Of a DNA stretch of 64,000 nucleotides, positions 36,762-48,871 are shown in pieces. Each line of letters begins with the position of its first letter. Position 1 is the first letter of the stretch. A program made the translations under genes and the position numbers. This stretch comes from Mobula hypostoma (Eukaryota), in assembly GCF_963921235.1 (NCBI RefSeq), contig NC_086097.1:86988001-87052000 (forward strand). Reading direction: 5' to 3'. The notes under the pieces were generated by a model, which was not told the origin of the DNA, did not search any database, and saw only the letters and a list, made by a program, of their open reading frames with translations.

Positions 36762-39700
36762 CATAGAACATAGAACATAGAATAGTACAGCACAGTACAG
36801 GCCTTTCGGCCCACAATGTTGTGCCGACCCTTAAAATCTACCACCTTAATTTCCTCCATGTACCTGTCTAGCAGTCTCTTAAATTTCATTACTGTATCTG
36901 CCTCCACCACTGACTCAGGCAGAGCATTCCACGCACCAACCACTCTCTGAGTAAAAAATCTTCCTCTAATATCCCCCTTGAACTTCCCCCCCTTACCTTA
37001 AAGCCATGTCCTCTTGTATTGAGCAGTGGTGCCCTGGGGAAGAGGTGCTGGTTGTCCACTCTATCTATTCCTCTTAATATCTTGTATACCTCTATCATGT
37101 CTCCTCTCATCCTCCTTTTCTCCAAAGAGTAAAGCCCTAGCTCCATTAATCTCTGATCAGAATGCATACTCTCTAAATCAGGCAGCATCCTGGTAAACCT
37201 CCTCTGTACCCTTTCCAATGCTTCCACATATAGTGAGGCGACCAGAACTGGACACAGTACTCCAAGTGTGGCCTAACTAGAGTTTTATACAGCTGCATCA
37301 CTACCCTGCAACTCTTAAACATTATCCCTTGGCTTATGAAATCTAACACCCCATAAGCTTTCTTAACTACCCGATCTACCTGTGAGGCAACTTTCAGGGA
37401 TCTATGGACATGTACCCCCAGATCCCTCTGCTCCTCCACACTGCCAAGTATCCTGCCATTTACTTTGTACTCTGCCTTGGAGTTTGTCCTTCCGAAGTGT
37501 ACCACCTCACACTTCTCTGGGTTGAACTCCATCTGCCACTTCTCAGCCCACTTCTGCATCCTATCAATGTCTCTCTGCAATCTTTGACAATCCTCTACAC
37601 TATCTACAACACCACCAACCTCTGTGTCATCTGCAAACTTGCCAACCCACCCTTCTACCTCCACATCCAGGTCGTTAATAAAAATCACGAGAAGTAGAGT
37701 CCCAGAACCGATCCTTGTGGACACCACTAGTCACAACCCTCCAATCCGAATGCACTCCCTCCACCACCACCCTCTGCTTTCTGCAGGCAAGCCAATTCTG
37801 AATCCACCTGGCCAAACTTCCCTGGATTCCATGCCTTCTGATTTTCTGAATAAGCCTACCATGTGGAACCTTGTCAAATGCCTTACTAAAATCCATGTAG
37901 ATCACATCCGCTGCACTACTCTCACCTATATGCCTGGTCACCTCCTCAAAGAACTCTATCAGGCTTGTTAGACACGATCTGCCCTTCACAAAGCCGTGTT
38001 GACTTTCCCTGATCAGACCATGTTTCTCTAAATGCCCATAGATCCTATCTCTAAGAATCTTTTCCAACAGCTTTCCCACCACAGACGTAAGGCTCACTGG
38101 TCTATAATTACCCGGACTATCCCTACTATCTTTTTGGAACAAATGGACAACATTCGTCTCCCTCCAATCCTCCGCTACCATTCCATGGACAACAAGGACA
38201 TGAAGATCCTAGCCAGAGGCTCAGCAATCTCTTTCCTTGCCTGGGGAGTATTCCGTCAGGCCCTGGGGACTTATCCATCCAAATGTATTTTAACAACTCC
38301 AACACCTCCTCTCCCTTAATATCAACATGCTCCAGAACATGAATCTCACTCATATTGTCCTCACCATCATCAAGTTCCCTCTCATTGGTGAATACCGAAC
38401 AGAAGTATTCATTGAGGACCTCACTCACTTCCACAGCCTCCAGGCACATCTTCCCACCCTTATCTCTAATTGGTCCTACCTTCACTCCTGTCATGCTTTT
38501 GTTCTTTACCTAACTGAAGAATGCCTTGGGGTTTTCCTTTACTTGCCAAGGCCTTCTCATGCCCCCTCTTGCTCTGCTCAGCCCCTTCCTAAGCTCCTTT
38601 TTTGCTACCCTATATTTCTCAATAGACCCATCTTATCCTTCTTCCACCTGACTAGATTTTCCACCTCACTTGTCACCCATGGTTCCTTCACCCTACCATT
38701 CTTTATCTTCCTCACTGGGACAAATTTATCCCTAACATCCAGCAAGAGATCTCTAAACATCAACCACATGTCCATAGTACATTTCCCTGCAAAAACATCA
38801 TCCCAATTCACACAGCAAGTTCTAGCCTTATAGCCTCATACTTTGCCCTTCCCCAATTAAAAATTTTCCTGTCCTCTCTGATTCTACCCTTTTCCATGAT
38901 AATGTTAAAGGCCAGGGAGCAGTGATCACTGTCCCCCAGATGCTCATCCACTGACAAATAAGTGACCTGGCCTGGTTCGTTACCTAATACTGGATCTAGC
39001 TGGCATTCCCCCTAGTCAGCCTGTCAACATACTGTGACAGGAATCCATCCTGGACACATTTAACAAACACTGCCTTGTCTAAACCATTGGAACTAATCAG
39101 GTGCCAATCAATACTAGGGAAGTTAAAGTCACCCATGATAACAACCCTGTTATTTTTGCACCTTTCCAAACACTGCCTCCCAATCTGCTCCTCGGTATCT
39201 CTGCTGCTACTAGGGGGCCTATAGAATACTCCCAACAGAGTAACTGCTTCCTTCCCGTTCCTGACTTCTACCCATACTGACTGAAAAGAGGATCCTGCTA
39301 CATTACACATCCTTTCTGTAGCTGTAATAGTATCCCTGACCAGTAATGCCACCCATCCTCCCCTTTTCTCCCCTCTCTATCCATTTCAAAGAACTGAAAT
39401 CCAGGAATATTGAGAATCCATTCCTGCCCTGGTGCCAGCCAAGTCTCTGTAATGGCCACTACATCATAATTTCATGTATGTATCCAAGCTCTCAGTTCGC
39501 CATCTTTGTTCCTGATGCTTCTTGCATTGAAGTACATGCACTTTAGCCTTTCTACCTTACTACCTTTACACCTTATATTTTGCTTCTCTTTACACAAAGC
39601 CTCTCTATATGTTAGGTCCGGCTTTACTCCATGCACTATATTTGCAGTTCTCCCATGACTTTTATCCTCCTCCACCTCACTATCTGCTCCAACACTCTGG

Positions 39701-40300
39701 TTGCCCTCCCCCTGCAAATCTAGTTTAAACCCCCCAGAGCAGCACTAGCAAACTTTCCCGCAAGGATGTTAGTCCCCCTCCAGCTGAGGTGCAACCCATC
39801 CTGTCGGAACAGGTCCCACCTTTCCTGGAACAAGGCCCAATTGTCCAGAAACATGAAGCCCTCCCTCCTGCACCAACTCCTTAGCCACATATTTAGCTGC
39901 ATTATCTTCGTATTTCTAGCCTCACTAGCACGTTGCATGGGTAGCAATCCTGAGACTGCAACCATGGAGGTCCTGCCCTTCAACTTTGCACTTAACTCCC
40001 TAAACTCTCTTTGCAGGACCTGCTTCTTCTTCCTATACAGGTCATTGGTCCCTACAGGAACCACGACATCTGGCTGCTCACCCTCCTTCCTGAAGATACT
40101 GAGAACTCGATCCGAAATATCGTGGACCCTGGCACCAAGGAGGCAACAGACCATCCGGGATTCTCGATTTCTCCCACAGAACCTCCTATTTGTCCCCCTA
40201 ACTATTGAATCCCCTATCACTACTGCTCTCCTCTTTTCCCTCCTTCCCTTCTGAGCTGAGGGTTCTGTCTTGGTTCCAGAGATGTGACCACTGCAAGTTG
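36762..40300 (-). mobile_element. CR1 LINE with ORF1 esterase domain and complete but disrupted ORF2
   Basis: ORF1 VVIGDSIVRG...VGTND...DGLHL; EN (YFNARSIRNK, YRPP, IMGDFN); RT (NYRPVSLTS, MDFSKAFDKV, KFADDT); (TTCTATG)n tail; possible TSD AGCATT(A/T)AAT at 36752-36761 and 40312-40321. Confidence 0.97.
39720..40300 (-). pseudogene. CR1 ORF1p SGNH esterase domain (open frame, 5'-truncated)
   Basis: GDS, GxND and DGLH blocks are all present in the 198-aa ORF. Confidence 0.9.
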
Positions 40301-40681
40301 AACAATTAACAAGCATTTAATATTTCAGCCTTTGATAAAATATTTTTTTTAATTTAGCAACATGTAAAACAATACAACAGTAACATTAGTGGCTTATACA
40401 GAATGCACAGCTACATACACAAATAATTTTTCAGTAGCTTAGTGAAAGAATGTTCATTTTAAAATTTAAAGTTGACTTTAATTAATGCAATTCTGTTTTG
40501 CAACTAAATGGGAGGGTAGCTCTGTTATATAAATTCCACAAAATCAAGGTTAAAATAAATAAATATTTTCACTTTTGACTTAACTGAAGAGGCAATAATA
40601 ACAAAGTAATTTACTTTAGTTTCCCAATCCAATAAGATCAAACATGACTTGGACATTATATGGTGGCCTTCAATATTCTTT

Positions 40682-42490
40682 TTTTTATATAATTTTTATT
40701 GAGTTTTCAAAGTGATACATGAGAAAAAAGAATATCTACCCTACCCCCTCCCCTTAACCCTCCCCCACCCCCGATATATACTCCTACCTAAAGAGAAAAG
40801 AAAAAAAAGGAACCGCCTGAATATTGGAAGGTTTGCACATACTCCATGGGATAAAAATAAATTGAATATATATTTGTTACTTTCCCCCAAGGAACCAAGA
40901 TCTTCATCATTGGAGCTATAAATAAGGGCTCCAAATATTCAAAAATGTTACATATTTATCTCTCAAAATCTAAAACATTACTTAGCTTCTCAACTCTCAT
41001 AGTTCCCTGGGGAATCTCTTTGAACTTCACCATGTTGCTATGTGTTTCCCTCCAAATCATCCAGGCAAAAAGAAAAAAAAAGATAGATAAGATACAAAAA
41101 AAGAAGAAACAAAATATCCCCCCACTAATGTTGTGCATGAAAAGTTACACAACACTACCCCCCTCCATTGTGCGGGTCGTGGCTGTTGCCACACTTGCAT
41201 ACATGACTAACATAGCGATTGGTCAGTGTTTCTTCCAGCTCCCCCATAACAAAATATTATATATATATAGAAAAAAAATTAATGTTATTATTCCCAGCTG
41301 ATATTCCTCAAATTTTAACCTTTCTTCCCCCTCCCTCATATAATTAATAATATATTTATATATTCATCTGCCTAAAAATTCAACAGGCCTAATCCTTGAT
41401 CCAGTCTTCATCTTCAATCCATCTCGCTCCCCTAAATTTGTTCTTGTATCTGGTGAATTTTCAAAGAATCTCGCACAATCTCCTCCACTTTCCGGTAATC
41501 GTCAAAAAATCTTTTTTCTCCACCAGGCAAAAATATCTTCAAGGTTGCAGGATAACGCAATATAAATTGATAACCGTGGTCCCATAGGGCTTTTTTCACT
41601 GGATTAAACTTTTTCCTTCTTTTCAAAAGTTCATAACTTATGTCAGGGTAGAAAAATATTTTCTTCCCTTCTATCATCAGTGGCCCTTTTCTCTTCTTGG
41701 CAGCTTGGGCAGCCGCCTGTAGAATCCTTTCTTTGTCTTGAAATCTTAAGAATTTTATTAAAATTGATCGTGGATATTGGTCATCTTGTGGTTTTGGTCT
41801 TAGAGCTCTATGTACCCACTCAATTTCAATTGATTGATCTTCCTCTTTCATTTGCAAGGTTTTCGGGATCCATCTTTGAAAAAGTTCTATTGGATTATCT
41901 CCCTCTGTACCTTCTCTAAGACCAACAATTTTAATGTTATTACGTCTACTAAAATTTTCCAACACGGCCACTTTCTCCAAGAGTCGATTTCTTTCCGTGT
42001 TCCAGACAAGCACATCATTTTCTGTTTTTTCCACTCTATCATTAATATGCTCCATTGTTCTTTCCATCTTCTGAAGTTTCTTATCCATTTTATCCTGTCT
42101 TTTCATAGCTTTATCATAGCACATCTTCACGTCTCTAAGCTCTGTTCTTAATTTTCTTAGTTCAGCCGTTAATTGCAATAAAGCCTCTCTTACGTCTCCA
42201 TCATCTCCTTTACTTCCAGTCTTTTCCAGTTCTTCCTCCTCCTCTTCATCTGTATTCTCTGCGATATCCAATTCTGACTAAGTTGCTTTCAGTTGCAGTG
42301 GCCGTCGGTTCTTGTAGTTTACTTTGTGTCGATTTGCGCATGCGTACTTCTTTGCGCATGCGCAATTCCGGCATCTTCTTCCGAGAGACCGCTACCGCCG
42401 CCATTGCTCCCCGTTCTTCTATGCCAGAGATAAAACGCGTCTCCTCTGAAGGAGATCCAACCTGAATCCGAGGCTCCATCGCTGCAGTAG
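40682..42490 (-). mobile_element. L1-clade element carrying ORF1 only (HAL1-like)
   Basis: Perfect 17-bp TSD GGCCTTCAATATTCTTT (40665-40681 and 42491-42507), AATAAA plus A-tail, L1 ORF1p, and no EN or RT. Confidence 0.9.
41432..42271 (-). CDS. L1 ORF1p (coiled coil, RRM, CTD); N-terminus frameshifted/truncated
   Basis: 279-codon open frame with LENFSRRNNIKIVGLREG, IEWVHRAL, PRSILIKFLRFQDKERIL, FYPDIS and LRYPATLKI. Confidence 0.85.
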   Translation of the reverse strand: MDIAENTDEEEEEELEKTGSKGDDGDVREALLQLTAELRKLRTELRDVKMCYDKAMKRQDKMDKKLQKMERTMEHINDRVEKTENDVLVWNTERNRLLEKVAVLENFSRRNNIKIVGLREGTEGDNPIELFQRWIPKTLQMKEEDQSIEIEWVHRALRPKPQDDQYPRSILIKFLRFQDKERILQAAAQAAKKRKGPLMIEGKKIFFYPDISYELLKRRKKFNPVKKALWDHGYQFILRYPATLKIFLPGGEKRFFDDYRKVEEIVRDSLKIHQIQEQI

Positions 42491-43289
42491 GGCCTTCAAT
42501 ATTCTTTGGTGTCTCCTGCTCTCATCACTGTGTACAATGTCACCTACAAAGAAAAACCCTTGGGCTTGAATCAATTTCAGTTTGCTATTCAGATGAATGT
42601 TTCTGGGAATGCATTTTGTGGCCTGAAGGCTAATTGTATTTTATTTCTCTATAGACTGTTGTCCATTGAAATTCTTTGTGAAACTGGTCAACATATGTGA
42701 TTTAAATTGTAACAAAAAGTCAGCAAAAGGCAACACGCTCTCTTCTGAACAGAATAGCAATGGCTTTGAGCAGCATGTAACATATCATAGGCATCCTTTT
42801 GTGCATTGTGATCACTGAAACCTTGTACAACAGTTAAAAGCGAGTTTGGTCTACAAGGTTTTATGTTTGGATCTGATTATGGGATCAGCAGTGAAGAAAT
42901 AGCACTTATTGTTCACTATGCTAACAGCTGGCCATAGGATTTCTATGACCTTTTGAAAATGTTTTATTGTCACTGTTCATCTGTTCTAGGATGGCCCTCC
43001 CTACCTTCTTTAAGAGATTGAAGGAAGAGCAATGACTCTTCAACTGATTAAGTATACAGAGTCTAAACAAGGTTAAAGAATAGGGATAAAGAGATTAATT
43101 TAAAAAGTGCATTTTATGCTTATGTAATTTTCTTCTCTCAATTACTGTAAAAATCTGATATGCAAGTCCATTTTCGGAGAATATTTTGAAGGTTCCAAAA
43201 AGGTTGTGAGTTATAAGCAAGTGTGACTTACAGATGTTAGTAAGTCTTCCTAAAATGAACTGCAACATCAGTTGGTGTGGTTGTGGAAG

Positions 43290-43990
43290 AGGCACATTGC
43301 CTCATACGTCAGGCTGCACATAGTTCTTTGGGATGATAACCGTGTTCTTAAAGCAGGTGAGAACTTCAGATTGAAGGAGGGAGAGGTTAAAGATATCCTG
43401 CCAACTGATCCTAGGAAGATCTGGGCACACTGTCAGGGACTCCATCTTGGCCAGTCATTTTCAGTAGGCTCACTCCAGAATGGCTGATCTAAAGTCTCTG
43501 ATCGTGACCATGGATACAAATGCTTTGGAGGCATTTGAGGTGGATGGTGTAATGTTATTGACTTTCTGTTCAAAACATGCATTGAATTCTTTGGGGAGGG
43601 ATGCTTTGTTGCTAGCAATACTTCAGTTTGTATGCAAGTCTTTCCACAACTGAGAGCAGCTCTGGATTTTTGGTCTGGTCTGATGTTTTCTCTTGGTATC
43701 CCTAACAGCTTTTTGAATACCTGAATCTCTTCTGTAGGTCAGGGTCATCCAATTTGATGTCTCAGATCTGGATTCAGTGGGGACTGGATATTGGTATATT
43801 CATGTTTTCTGACTGGGGAACACCTAGATTGACTTCTTTGGTATGCAGTCTTCTACAGATTTGCTGATGAAGCCTGTTACGGGAAAGTGGCATACTCCAT
43901 TAGATTGGACTCTGTGTGTTTGAATATGGAATAATCCACTGTTGCAAAGCAAACGCATCTATTTCCTCAGACCAGTACTCCATTCTTGTT
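43290..43990 (-). mobile_element. Old Rex1/Babar internal fragment
   Basis: Degenerate FPSQK.W and ...DKLGSVGRISLTS-like coding remnants on the minus strand. Confidence 0.55.
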
Positions 43991-45332
43991 CACAATTCCT
44001 CACCCCTTGATTACCTCGGTCACTGCACTGGACTGTAAACACTTCAAATCACTTTTTATAATGCAGTTTACATTGTAAGTACATGCTGGTATTTAGGTAT
44101 TTATGCATATTTTATTCTATATTTGCACTTTCTCCTCTATGTTTAATCTTATAATTGTTGAATATTGTTGTTTTCTGTTACATGTCACGTCTGCCACTGC
44201 AAATTCCTACTGTATGTAAAATTTATACGGTAAATAAAGATGTTTTTAAAGCTTGTAATTTACAATTCTCATAAATATCTTTCATACTGAAAGCAAGGAA
44301 CTATGTATGAATTTGAGTTTGGGGGAAGAAACAAAAATCAGTTGTATCAGTATTACAGTGGAGTAAAGGGAACTACAGAGGCTTGAGAGAGAAGTTAAGC
44401 AAATTTGATTGGAAGAGGACATTAGAAAAGATATCGGCAGAACAGTAACAGTTGGAGTTCTGAGAACGATTCTGAGAAAGAATAAGTATTCTCAAGGGAG
44501 AATGAGGCAATTGTGGCTGACAAGGGAAGTCAAAGACAGCATAAAAGCAAAAGACAGGGCATATAAATTAGCAAACATTAGTGGGAAGCTAGAGGATTGA
44601 GAAGCTTTTAAAAACCAAAAAAAGGAAACCAAAAAAGCAATAAGGTGAGAAAAGGTGAAATTTGAAGATAAGCTGACCAATGTTATAGAAGAGGGCACCA
44701 AAATCTGTTTCAGATATATAATGACTAAAAAGTGAGAATTAATATTGGACTATTCGTAAATGCCATTGGGGAGGTAGAAGACATCCAGAAATTTGAAAGT
44801 GGTGGGGATCAGAAAAGAGTGTAGTTGCTATTACACTGAAGGTGCTTGGGAAACTGAAAGGTTTGAAGGTAGATAAGTCAACTGGATCACCTGGACTACA
44901 TCCCAGGGTTTTGAAAGAGATATCTGAAGAGATTGGGGAGGCATTTGTGTTGTTACTTTCAAGAATCACTAGATTCTGGAATGGTTCTGGAGGACTGGAA
45001 AATTGCAAATGTCACTCCACTCTTTAAGAAAGGAGGGTGGCAAAAGACAAGAAATTAAAAGCCAATTTGCCTGATCTCAGCGGTTGATAAAATGTTGGAG
45101 TTCATTATTAAGGATGAGGTTTCAGGTACTTGGAGGCAGATGATAAAACAGGCCAAAGTCAGCATGGTTTACTTCAGGAGAAATCTTACCTGACAAATCT
45201 GTTGGAATTCTTTGAGGAAATAATTAGCAAGATAGGCAAAAGAGAGTTAGTTGATGTCAAAAAAAGGATCTAATGAAAAAAGAATCTAGTGCTTTCCTGG
45301 AGTATATGATGACTATTCTCTTCTTGGGGTTC

Positions 45333-47380
45333 TTACAACTATGCGAAAGCATTCAGTCATCATTTGACACAGGCAACATCCATGGAGTGTACGAGGGGAT
45401 CAAGAAAGCCATTGGGCCAACCCAGAGCAAGACAGCACCATTGAAAACCATAAAAGGCGAGACCATCAATGACAAAGGCAAGCAGATGGAGAGATGGGTG
45501 GAGCATTACTCTGAACTCTTCTCTCGAGAAAACAGCATCTTGGACAGCGCGCTAGACGCCGTGGAATGCCTGCCTGTCATGGAGGAATTGGATGCATTGC
45601 TGACTACCGAAGAGCTGAGTAAAGCCATCGACAGCCTGCCCATTGGGAAGCCACCAGGATTGGATGGCATTCCACCAGAGGCCATCAAATGTGCAAAGGG
45701 CGTCCTGCTAAACCACCTGCACGAACTGCTGTGCCAGTGCTGGACAGAGGGAGCAGTGCCGCAAGACATGAGAGACTGCAACATTGTAACCATATATGAG
45801 AACAAAGGGGACAGAAGCGACTGTAGCAACTTCAGGGGAATCTCCTTGCTGAGCATCATTGGGAAGGTCTTCGCCCACGTGGTCCTGAACAGACTGCAGA
45901 AAATAGCCAAAAGGGTATATCCCGAGTCTCAGTGCGGTTTCAGGTCGGAACGCTTCACAATCGACATGATCTTCTCCCTTCGACAGCTACAAGAGAAATG
46001 CAGAGAGCAAAGATAACCACTCTACGTCGCTTTCATTGACATTACGAAGGCCTTCGAACTTGTGAGCAGAGACGGCCTGTTCAAAATCCTGGCCAGGATT
46101 GGTTGTCCCTCGAGGCTCCTCAGGATAGTTCAGTCATTCCACACAGACATGAAGGGCATCGTTCAGTTCGACGGCTCTTCTTCGGAGGCCTTCAACCTCC
46201 ACAGCGGTGTGAAGCAGGGCTGTGTGCTTGCCCCCACCCTGTTTGGCATCTTCTTCACATTCATGCTGAAGCACGCCTTTGGAACATCAGCCGATGGTGT
46301 CTACCTCCACACCAGATTGGACGGGAGGCTGTTCAGTCTGTCCCGTCTGAGGGCAAAAACCAAGGTTCATGAAGTACTCATCAGGGACATGTTGTCTGCA
46401 GATGACGCGGCCCTGGCAACACACCCTGAAGAGCAACTGCAACGCCTCATGGACAGCTTCTCAAGAGCCTGCCAGGACTTCAGCTTTACCATCAGCCTGA
46501 CGAAAACCAATGTGTTGGGCCAAGGCATTGAGCACACCCTGCCATTACCATCAACAACTACGAGCTGGAGGCAGTTCATGAGTTTACATACCTTGGCTCC
46601 AACGTCACGGACAGCCTCTCCCTCGACCGCGAGATCAACAGATGGATCGGACGAGCAGCCTCAACATTCGCCAGGCTGACAAAGAGAGTCTCAGAGAACA
46701 GAAAGCTGATGACGCACACCAAAGTTGCAGTCTACAGGGCCTGCGTCCTCAGCACACTGCTCTACGGCAGTGAGACCTGGAGCCTCTACTACAGACAAGA
46801 ACGGCGTCTCAACGCCTTCCACCTTCTCAGCCTGAGATGCATCCTGGACATCACGTGGACTGACCGAGTCACCAACAATGAGGTCCTGGCCCGTGCCCAG
46901 ATACCCAGCCTCTTCACCCTGCTCCAACAACGCCGTCTCCACTGGCTGGGCCACGTACACCACATGTCAGATGGGAGGATCCTGAAAGACCTGCTGTATG
47001 TGGAGCTAGCCTCCGGCAAGAGAGCACAAGGGCGGCCCCATCTTCGTTTCAAAGATGTTTGCAAGAGAGACAAGAAGTCACTGAAAATGAACGTTGAGAG
47101 GTGGGAGGACATCGCAAGCGATCTGGAGGCTGGAACTACGCAGAGTTCTGAAAGGAGAACAGAAGCTGAGGCTTGCTGCTGAAGAAAAGCACACTCGTTG
47201 GAAAAAAAGCACCAAGACAACACTGGAGGACAGCGCCTTCAAGTGCAGTCGCTGCAGCCGAGACTGTCACTCCCGTGTGGGACTCTACAGCCACAACAGA
47301 TGCTACTCTAACGCAGACTGAAGCAAAACATTCCAGGCGCAGATCCATGGTCTCGCGAGACTAACGGATGCCACCACAAG
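45333..47380 (+). mobile_element. RTE-clade (BovB/AviRTE-like) LINE, 5'-truncated, young
   Basis: NFRGISLLSIIGK, PESQCGFR, GVKQGCVLAPTLF, LSADDAAL, LLYGSETW and a C-terminal CxxC...H finger. TSD TGGGGTTC(T/C)TAC at 45325-45336 and 47381-47392. Confidence 0.95.
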
Positions 47381-48806
47381 TGGGGTTCCTACCTGGTAGT
47401 GGTATTGATTATAACCAACATTTTGATGACAAACTCTGTCACCTTTATCAGGGATGGTGCCTGGGCATGTCTAATCTGCTGGTATTTACACCCCTGTAGT
47501 CCATCCCTCCTGATTGGTTAGTCCTCATCCAATCAGGTTTCTGCACTCCCACCTTGTTCACAATCAAATTCCAGTTCTTACTTAGAGTGAGACCTTTATC
47601 TATGTTAAAATTCTTTTCCTCCAGTTTTATTTCAATGGCTTCCTTTACCAGGCAGTCCCAAAAGCACTTGGCACACCACAGTAGTTTTGTGCCGTCGAAG
47701 TCAATTCTATGGCCAATGCAAATGCAGTGTTCTTATTTCTCCAGTTAACCCAAATGGCGGATACACCTCCTGTGCTCCTTGATGCAGATTTCCACCGAGC
47801 GTCCCATCTGCCTGACAAAACGCTGCTCCACACTCACAACGGATCCTGAAAACGCCAGCCGGCCTGAGTCCCAGCTCATCTTTGACTTGCATAACCGGTG
47901 ATTTGAGCTTCCATACAGGTTTGTGAATGGTATTAATCTGGTATTTCTTCAGGATCCTGGTGATCCTTCCAGAAACTGTTGAAATGTAGGGAACTTGGGT
48001 GGTAGCAACAGGTTTCTCCTCATCTTTAGGTTTCCTGGTTTTTTGCATCAGACTTTTTAAGAGCTCAATTGATTTCCTTACCCTTCTAGCCATTGTGTAG
48101 GAATGCTGAGCATAATTGTTTTATTTCCTTGGGGAACAGGAGGCAACCATTCTTCTCCATCTTCATTGTAAATTGAATGTCTGGATGTATGCTGTTCAGA
48201 TGATTATGGAACTATTGGAGTTCCTGGAGTCCATGAGACCATACTATGAAGGTGTCATTGAGGTATCTGAAGAAGCATTTGGGGTGTAAGGGCAATGAAC
48301 TCAGAGCCCTCTCCTCAAAACCCTCCGTGTAGAAATTAGCAATAGCCAGTGACAAAGGGGGATCCCTTGGCCGCTCTGTCGGTTTGTTCATAGTGGTTCC
48401 CCTTACAGAGGAAGTACATTGATGTAAGGTTGTGTTCAAAAAGGTCAATGCTACCTTTATTAAACCTTGACCACAGGAGGACCAAGCTATCCTTAATGGG
48501 AACTCTAGTGAACAGGGACGCCACATCAAAACTGACCATTGTGTCTTCCAGATTCACCTAGATGTTGGTTATCGTCTTAATGAAGTCGGTCAAATTAGTG
48601 ATGTGATGCTCACAGCCACCAACAAAGGGAGCCATTAAAAGAAAACTAGAGGGAAAGAATTTTAACAAAGATGAAAGTCTTGCTCTAAATAAGAACTGAA
48701 ATTCAATTGCAAACAAGGGGGGAGGGCGGAAACCTGATGGAATGAGGACTAACCAATCAGGAGGGACAGATGACAGTGGTATAAATAACACCACTCTAGA
48801 CATCCC

Positions 48807-48871
48807 CAGGCATCATCCCTGATGAAGGTGATAGAATTTGTCATCGAAACGTTGGTTATAATTGATACCTG
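48807..48871 (+). ncRNA. Hammerhead-like motif in Penelope terminal repeat
   Basis: CUGAUGA (48819-48825), an extra A, a 7-bp stem II (48827-33/48839-45), then GAAAC-GUUG-GUU. Proximal stem I pairs poorly. A decayed mirror copy lies at about 47403-47465 on minus. Confidence 0.55.

Noticed and set aside
42508..42560. Minus-strand acceptor (tttctttgtag|GTGAC) suggesting an exon hit by the L1
   Set aside because: After removing the insertion in silico, all three frames reach a stop within about 65 nt; no coding support.
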